Shown: one piece after another, positions 59,444 through 64,000 of the stretch
How positions within the stretch are numbered: the stretch's first letter is position 1
Layout of the letters: every line of letters starts with the position of its first letter
Source of the DNA: an uncultured Acidobacteriota bacterium
Lineage (GTDB): Bacteria; Acidobacteriota; Thermoanaerobaculia; Multivoradales; JAHEKO01
Assembly: GCA_963713825.1 (NCBI GenBank)
Contig: CAVQNG010000003.1
Coordinates: 1,568,001 to 1,632,000, forward strand
DNA: 64,000 bases
Direction of reading: 5' to 3'
Translations under genes and position numbers: made by a program
Notes under the pieces: generated by a model
The model's database searches: none
Told to the model about the DNA's origin: nothing
The model's input: the letters and a program-made list of their open reading frames with translations, nothing else

Positions 59444-59673
59444 GACTCCCCCTCCCACCCTGAGGGTTGAGGCGGTCGGCCAAGGAGTGCCGACCGGTCC
59501 TCGAAGGCTTGGGGGTTGAAGCGGCCGGACCTGTGCCGGCCGGTCTTTGAGGTAGTGGGGCAGTGAGGGAGACCCCTTGCCCGATCTACGTACCGGCTGG
59601 GTGCATCAAGACTCCCTTAGGAGAGTCACACTACACCCCTACGCCCCTAGGCCCTTTACGCCCCTTTACGCCC
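59443..59673 (+). repeat. Modular structured intergenic repeat, copy 5 (A array, 3' arm of B, expanded C; no D)
   Basis: GAGGGTTGAGGC...GGCTTGGGGGTTGAA units, GAGGGAGACCC..GCCCGATCTAC and a CCCCTACG tract. Confidence 0.88.
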
Positions 59674-61017
59674 TCAACTCAATGGCAAGCGGAGTCGAGC
59701 GCAGCAGCCGCGGCGATCGGCACGGTTCTCGAGGGTCAGGCTGCCGCCGTGCGCTTCCGCGATCTGCCGGCTCAAGACCAGGCCGATGCCGGAGCCTCCC
59801 GGTTTCGTCGTAAAGAATGGGACGAAGAGATTGGCGCTCGCGGGCAGGCCTGGCCCCTCGTCGCGGACCAGCACCTCGCAGCTGTCGGCTCGGCGCGACC
59901 AGCTGATCTGGACACCACCGCCCGTCTCGAGTGAGGCCTCGACGGCGTTCTTGACGATGTTGATCAGGGCCTGCTCGACCTGGGCCCGGTCGGCTTGTAC
60001 GCTGAGCGTTGGGCCCTCGGTGACCTCGACGCGTAGTCGGGACTCCATCGCGGCGGCGTGCTTGACCGCGCCCGGGATGGGCAGCGACTCGAGAGTGGGC
60101 TCCGGCAGGCGCGCCAGCTGCGAGTACGACGCCATGAATCGGCTCAAGGCCTCCGATCGCTGGCGAATCACATCGAGGCCACTGCGAAGGTCCTCATGCC
60201 ACTCTTCGGCCCCGGGCTGCTTGTCGGTGAGTCGGTGCAAGGTGTCGGCGGTGGACTTGATCGGGCCGAGGGAATTGTTGAGCTCGTGTCCCAGGACTCG
60301 GATCAGACGCTGCCAGGTCTGGCGTTCTTCCTGTCGCAGCGTCTTGCTCAGATCGGTGATGACCAGCAGCTGATGGGGCATGCCTTCCTGCCTGAAGGTA
60401 CTTCGCCGGACCCTCCAACGTCCGACGGCGCCTGGAAAGGCGCGCTCGACTGTGCCGGGAAGCTCGCCGTCGAGCCAGTCTTCCAGACCCAACTCCTCCG
60501 CCGAGCTACCGAGCAGCCGGGACGAGGGGCGAGCCAGGATTCTCTCGCCGGCACGATTGACCAGTCGCAGCCGGTGCTCCGGGTCGAAGGTGAAGACCGC
60601 GACGTCGATCTCGGCCATCACGGCACGTAGTAGAGCCGAGGCCTCGAGCGCGCCGAGGCGTTGATCGCTCAGGCTCTCGCTCAGCAGGTTGATCTCCCGA
60701 AAGACGTCGTCCAGTGCGTCGTTGACATCCTGTCGGTGGCCTCGCAAGGAATAGTCTTCCTGTCGCAGGGCCTCGAGAAGGCTTGAAATGGTGCGCAGGG
60801 AGTAGACGGCTCGGCGCCGCACCAGGACGGCCAGGCCGACCCAGGAGATCGCCAGGAGGATCGTCAGCGTCCACTGCGTCGAAGGCGGGAGGTTCGAGGT
60901 CCAGAGGAGAGCCAGGCCGAGGATGGAGCCTGGCAGCCCCACTGCCAGTGCCAGCAGAAACAGGCGTCGCTCGCTGCTCAGGTGAAAGCGGGGACTCGGC
61001 CGCATACCGGACCCCAT
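59674..61017 (-). CDS. Sensor histidine kinase
   Basis: Two TM segments, PAS, GHELNNSL H-box, KNA.EA, DEGPG and GSGIGL motifs. Confidence 0.93.
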   Translation of the reverse strand: MGSGMRPSPRFHLSSERRLFLLALAVGLPGSILGLALLWTSNLPPSTQWTLTILLAISWVGLAVLVRRRAVYSLRTISSLLEALRQEDYSLRGHRQDVNDALDDVFREINLLSESLSDQRLGALEASALLRAVMAEIDVAVFTFDPEHRLRLVNRAGERILARPSSRLLGSSAEELGLEDWLDGELPGTVERAFPGAVGRWRVRRSTFRQEGMPHQLLVITDLSKTLRQEERQTWQRLIRVLGHELNNSLGPIKSTADTLHRLTDKQPGAEEWHEDLRSGLDVIRQRSEALSRFMASYSQLARLPEPTLESLPIPGAVKHAAAMESRLRVEVTEGPTLSVQADRAQVEQALINIVKNAVEASLETGGGVQISWSRRADSCEVLVRDEGPGLPASANLFVPFFTTKPGGSGIGLVLSRQIAEAHGGSLTLENRADRRGCCARLRLPLS

Positions 61018-61022
61018 TCTAG

Positions 61023-62387
61023 TCAGTTGAGGCCGTGCTTCTCGAGGCGGCGGTAGAGGGCGCTGCGACTGAGCCCCAGATCCTCGGCGGCCAGGCTGAC
61101 ATTGCCGTCGCTCTTGTCCAGCGCCTTTTGGATGAGCAGTCGCTCGGCGTCTTCCAGGGTCATCTGGTCGAGATGTGCTGCCGCCTCGCCCCCGGATTCG
61201 AGGCCGAGGTCCGCGGTAGCGATCAGCGGCCTCTGTGCCATTAGGACACCGCGCTCCACGGCGTGGTCCAACTCCCTGACATTGCCAGGCCAGCTGTGCT
61301 TCCGCATCGCCGTCCGAGCCGACTCGTCGAAGCCCTCGAGCTGTTTGCCGTACCTGGACACGTGCTTTTCGAAGAAGTGGCTGGAGAGGGGCTCGAGATC
61401 CTCACCGCGCTCGCGCAGCGGAGGGATAGGAATCTCGACCGTTCGCAGTCGGTACAGGAGGTCCTTGCGAAATCGGCCTGCAGCGACGGCAGCTTCGAGG
61501 TCGGCGTTGGTGGCCGACAGAATCCGCACGTCGGCCGATTGCGTTCGGGAGGCCCCGACACGCTCGAAATCTCCAGTCTCCACGACGCGTAGGAGCTTGG
61601 CCTGCTGAGCCGCCGGCAGGTTGCCGATCTCGTCCAGAAAGAGGGTGCCGCCGTCGGCCATCTCGAAGCGTCCGATCCGGTCCCCTTTGGCGTCGGTAAA
61701 GGCGCCTTTGACGTGTCCGAAGAGCTCACTCTCGAAAATGGACTCGGAGAGACCGCCTGTGTTGACGGTGACGAGGGGCATGTCCGCGCGGTCCGAGACG
61801 GAGTGCAGCAACTGGGCGACGATGCCTTTGCCGGTGCCGTTCTCGCCGGTGATCAGGACGTTGGCGTCGGATGGGCCGACCCGTTCGATCAGGTCCAGAA
61901 CCGGCTGCATGGAGCGTGAGCCGGCGATGAAGTCGATCTCCGCACCGCCTCGCAGCAGTCGATTCTCCGCCTCGAGCCTGTCGCCCTTGCGCCGCGCCCG
62001 CCGCAGCTCGATTTGATTGCGCAGGATGGCCAGGACCCGTTCGTTGTCCCACGGCTTCTCGAAGAAATCACTGGCGCCCAGCCGCATGGCCTCGACGGCG
62101 AGCTCGATGCTGCCCCAGGCGGTCATCACCACCAGCGCGAGGCTCGAGTCGAGCGTGCGCAGCTTGGTCAACAGATCGAGGCCTTCCTTGCCCGAGGTCG
62201 TGTCTCGCGTGTAGTTCAGATCCATCAGGACGGCGTCGAACTCGCGCCGGGTGGCGGCCGCCAGAGCCTCTTCTGGAGAGCTGACGAGCTCCACTGTGTA
62301 GCCCTCGCCCTTGAGCAGCAGGCGCATGGACTCCAAGATGTCCGGCTGGTCGTCGGCGACCAGGATCGATGGAGCGGGCACGCTCAC
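61023..62387 (-). CDS. Sigma54-type response regulator
   Basis: Receiver domain, GENGTGK, GAFTDA, WPGNVREL, Fis-type HTH. Confidence 0.94.
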   Translation of the reverse strand: MSVPAPSILVADDQPDILESMRLLLKGEGYTVELVSSPEEALAAATRREFDAVLMDLNYTRDTTSGKEGLDLLTKLRTLDSSLALVVMTAWGSIELAVEAMRLGASDFFEKPWDNERVLAILRNQIELRRARRKGDRLEAENRLLRGGAEIDFIAGSRSMQPVLDLIERVGPSDANVLITGENGTGKGIVAQLLHSVSDRADMPLVTVNTGGLSESIFESELFGHVKGAFTDAKGDRIGRFEMADGGTLFLDEIGNLPAAQQAKLLRVVETGDFERVGASRTQSADVRILSATNADLEAAVAAGRFRKDLLYRLRTVEIPIPPLRERGEDLEPLSSHFFEKHVSRYGKQLEGFDESARTAMRKHSWPGNVRELDHAVERGVLMAQRPLIATADLGLESGGEAAAHLDQMTLEDAERLLIQKALDKSDGNVSLAAEDLGLSRSALYRRLEKHGLN

Positions 62388-62406
62388 TTCAGTGATCGTA
62401 ACTCAC

Positions 62407-63138
62407 CTACGACGGCACTGCCATCGGCTCGATGGCGGGCTCTGAGAGAACCTCCTCCGAGACGATCCGGCCGTCGAAGAGCTCGATGTTGCGGTTGGCG
62501 TGGCGGGCCCAACGGGGGTCGTGGGTCACCATGCAGATCGTCGCTCCCTGCGCATGCAGGTCGTCGAGCAGCTCCATGACCGCCTCGCTGTTCTTGGAAT
62601 CGAGATTACCCGTCGGCTCGTCGGCGAGCAGAATCGAAGGCGATCCGACGACGGCGCGCGCTACGGCGACGCGCTGCTGCTGACCTCCGGAGAGTTGCGA
62701 CGGGTAGTGCTTGGTGCGATGGGACATGGCGACACGCTCGAGCGCTTCCATGACCCGGACCTTGGATTCGGCAGAGCTCATGCCTCGATAGGTGAGAGGC
62801 AGCTCGACGTTCTCGTAGACCGTCAGGTCGCCAATGAGGTTGAAAGCCTGGAAGATGAAGCCGATCTCACGGTTGCGGATGCGCGCCCTTTCGGCGAAGC
62901 GAAGTCCATCGACTGCCTGCTCGTTGAGCACGTAGTCGCCGTCGGTTGGCGTGTCGAGTAGACCCAGGATCGAAAGCAGAGTCGTCTTGCCACAGCCGGA
63001 GGGCCCGGAGATAGAAACGTAGTCGCCTTTCCCGATCGTGAGGTGCACGTTGGTCAGGGCGTGGGTCTCCACCTCGTCGGTAAAGAAGACCTTCTTGATG
63101 CCCTTCATCTGAATCAGGGGATCTTGGTTCGAGCTCAT
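62407..63138 (-). CDS. ABC transporter ATP-binding protein (LolD/MacB type)
   Basis: GPSGCGKTT, LSGGQQQR, LADEPTGNLD and VTHD motifs. Confidence 0.95.
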   Translation of the reverse strand: MSSNQDPLIQMKGIKKVFFTDEVETHALTNVHLTIGKGDYVSISGPSGCGKTTLLSILGLLDTPTDGDYVLNEQAVDGLRFAERARIRNREIGFIFQAFNLIGDLTVYENVELPLTYRGMSSAESKVRVMEALERVAMSHRTKHYPSQLSGGQQQRVAVARAVVGSPSILLADEPTGNLDSKNSEAVMELLDDLHAQGATICMVTHDPRWARHANRNIELFDGRIVSEEVLSEPAIEPMAVPS

Positions 63139-63189
63139 GGTTTCTCCCGTCCTGGTTTCAAACGTCTGATGCCTGAGATTGTTTCGTTG

Positions 63190-64000
63190 TCACTCGATTC
63201 GAATGCGGTCGAAGTCGTCCCACTTCGATGTGTCGGAGAGGATCACGCGATCGCCTTCCCGCAGGCCATCGACGACCTCCACGGTAGAGACCGAGCTACG
63301 TCCCAGTCGCACCTGGACTCGGCGCGCCCCGTCCTCCTCCTCGTTCACGACAAAGAGGCTCACGGTCTGGTTGGCCTGGCCATAGGCTGGGCGGCCGACG
63401 TAGAGGACGTCCTCGAGGCGCTCGATCTCAATGGTGCCGTCGACCCGAAGATCGGGTCGGGCCCCCTGGGGCAGAGCCCCTTCCAGCGCCACGTCCACCG
63501 TTACACTGCCTTCACGCACGGCAGGATCGACGCGGCTCAGTCGACCTGGAACGATTCCGTTGCGGGTGTCGATGGAGACGGCGAGTCCGACCCGCAGATC
63601 CTTGGCCTGGGTTTCGGGGATGCGCAGCTCGGCCTTGAGCTGATCGGGCTGCGCCACCTGGGCGAGGGTGGAGCCGGCCGTGACCCTCTGGCCCTCCTCG
63701 ACCCGCACTTCCTGGAGGACCCCTCCCATTCCGGCCCGGACCTGCAGTGAAGCGAACTGCTGTTGGCGCAGGTTCATGAGCGCTCGCTGCTGCTCCAGGC
63801 GGCTGCGGCCGGCCTGCAATTGGGCTTCTGTGGAACGGCCCGCCTTCTCTAGTCGGACGCGCTCGATCTGTTCGAGCTTCTCTAGCTGGTCTGTAACCAG
63901 CTGAGACCTTTTGAAGTCGATCTCCGGTAGGAGCCCCTCGGCCGTGAGACGCTCGTTGGCTTCCAGTTGGAGTTTGGCCTGGCTGTGCTCCGAGATGACC
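63190..64000 (-). CDS. HlyD/MacA-type periplasmic adaptor, 3' part (5' end outside the window)
   Basis: Frame is open to the window edge; coiled coil, VRA..GV...VEEGQRV..G lipoyl-like motif, C-terminal GLREGDRVI. Confidence 0.88.
   Translation of the reverse strand, partial: VISEHSQAKLQLEANERLTAEGLLPEIDFKRSQLVTDQLEKLEQIERVRLEKAGRSTEAQLQAGRSRLEQQRALMNLRQQQFASLQVRAGMGGVLQEVRVEEGQRVTAGSTLAQVAQPDQLKAELRIPETQAKDLRVGLAVSIDTRNGIVPGRLSRVDPAVREGSVTVDVALEGALPQGARPDLRVDGTIEIERLEDVLYVGRPAYGQANQTVSLFVVNEEEDGARRVQVRLGRSSVSTVEVVDGLREGDRVILSDTSKWDDFDRIRIE

Overview
GC-rich bacterial chromosome segment. The gene repertoire (GWxTD-VWA proteins, DUF5916-type outer-membrane protein, HlyD/ABC/sigma54 two-component cassette, Thermus/archaeal-like ArgRS) suggests Acidobacteriota; this is an inference. 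Most of it is housekeeping: the dcw cluster (murF 3' end to ftsZ), argS, apgM, trmJ, maf, iscS-mnmA, rsmI, a split nadE, murA-prmC-prfA-rpmE, hflX, two sigma54 two-component systems and a GGDEF-EAL protein. I saw no tRNA, rRNA, transposase or cas gene. Two things stand out. (1) A dispersed, modular, highly structured non-coding repeat of about 230-500 bp is present five times, always filling the gap between convergent genes. It has a 45-49 nt mini-array of conserved linkers around sequence-variable hairpins, two long fold-back modules (one with strand-specific G-U wobbles), an 8-mer tandem tract and, in one copy, an inserted GTAG-type REP doublet. (2) A 7-gene uncharacterised cluster (10347-17476) encodes a helical protein, an SPFH/Zn-ribbon protein, three paralogous Zn-ribbon proteins, a MoxR-type AAA+ ATPase, and a TraB/Tiki-like protein with a degenerate VWA-like C-terminus. 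All family calls come from motifs recognised by eye; no searches were run.
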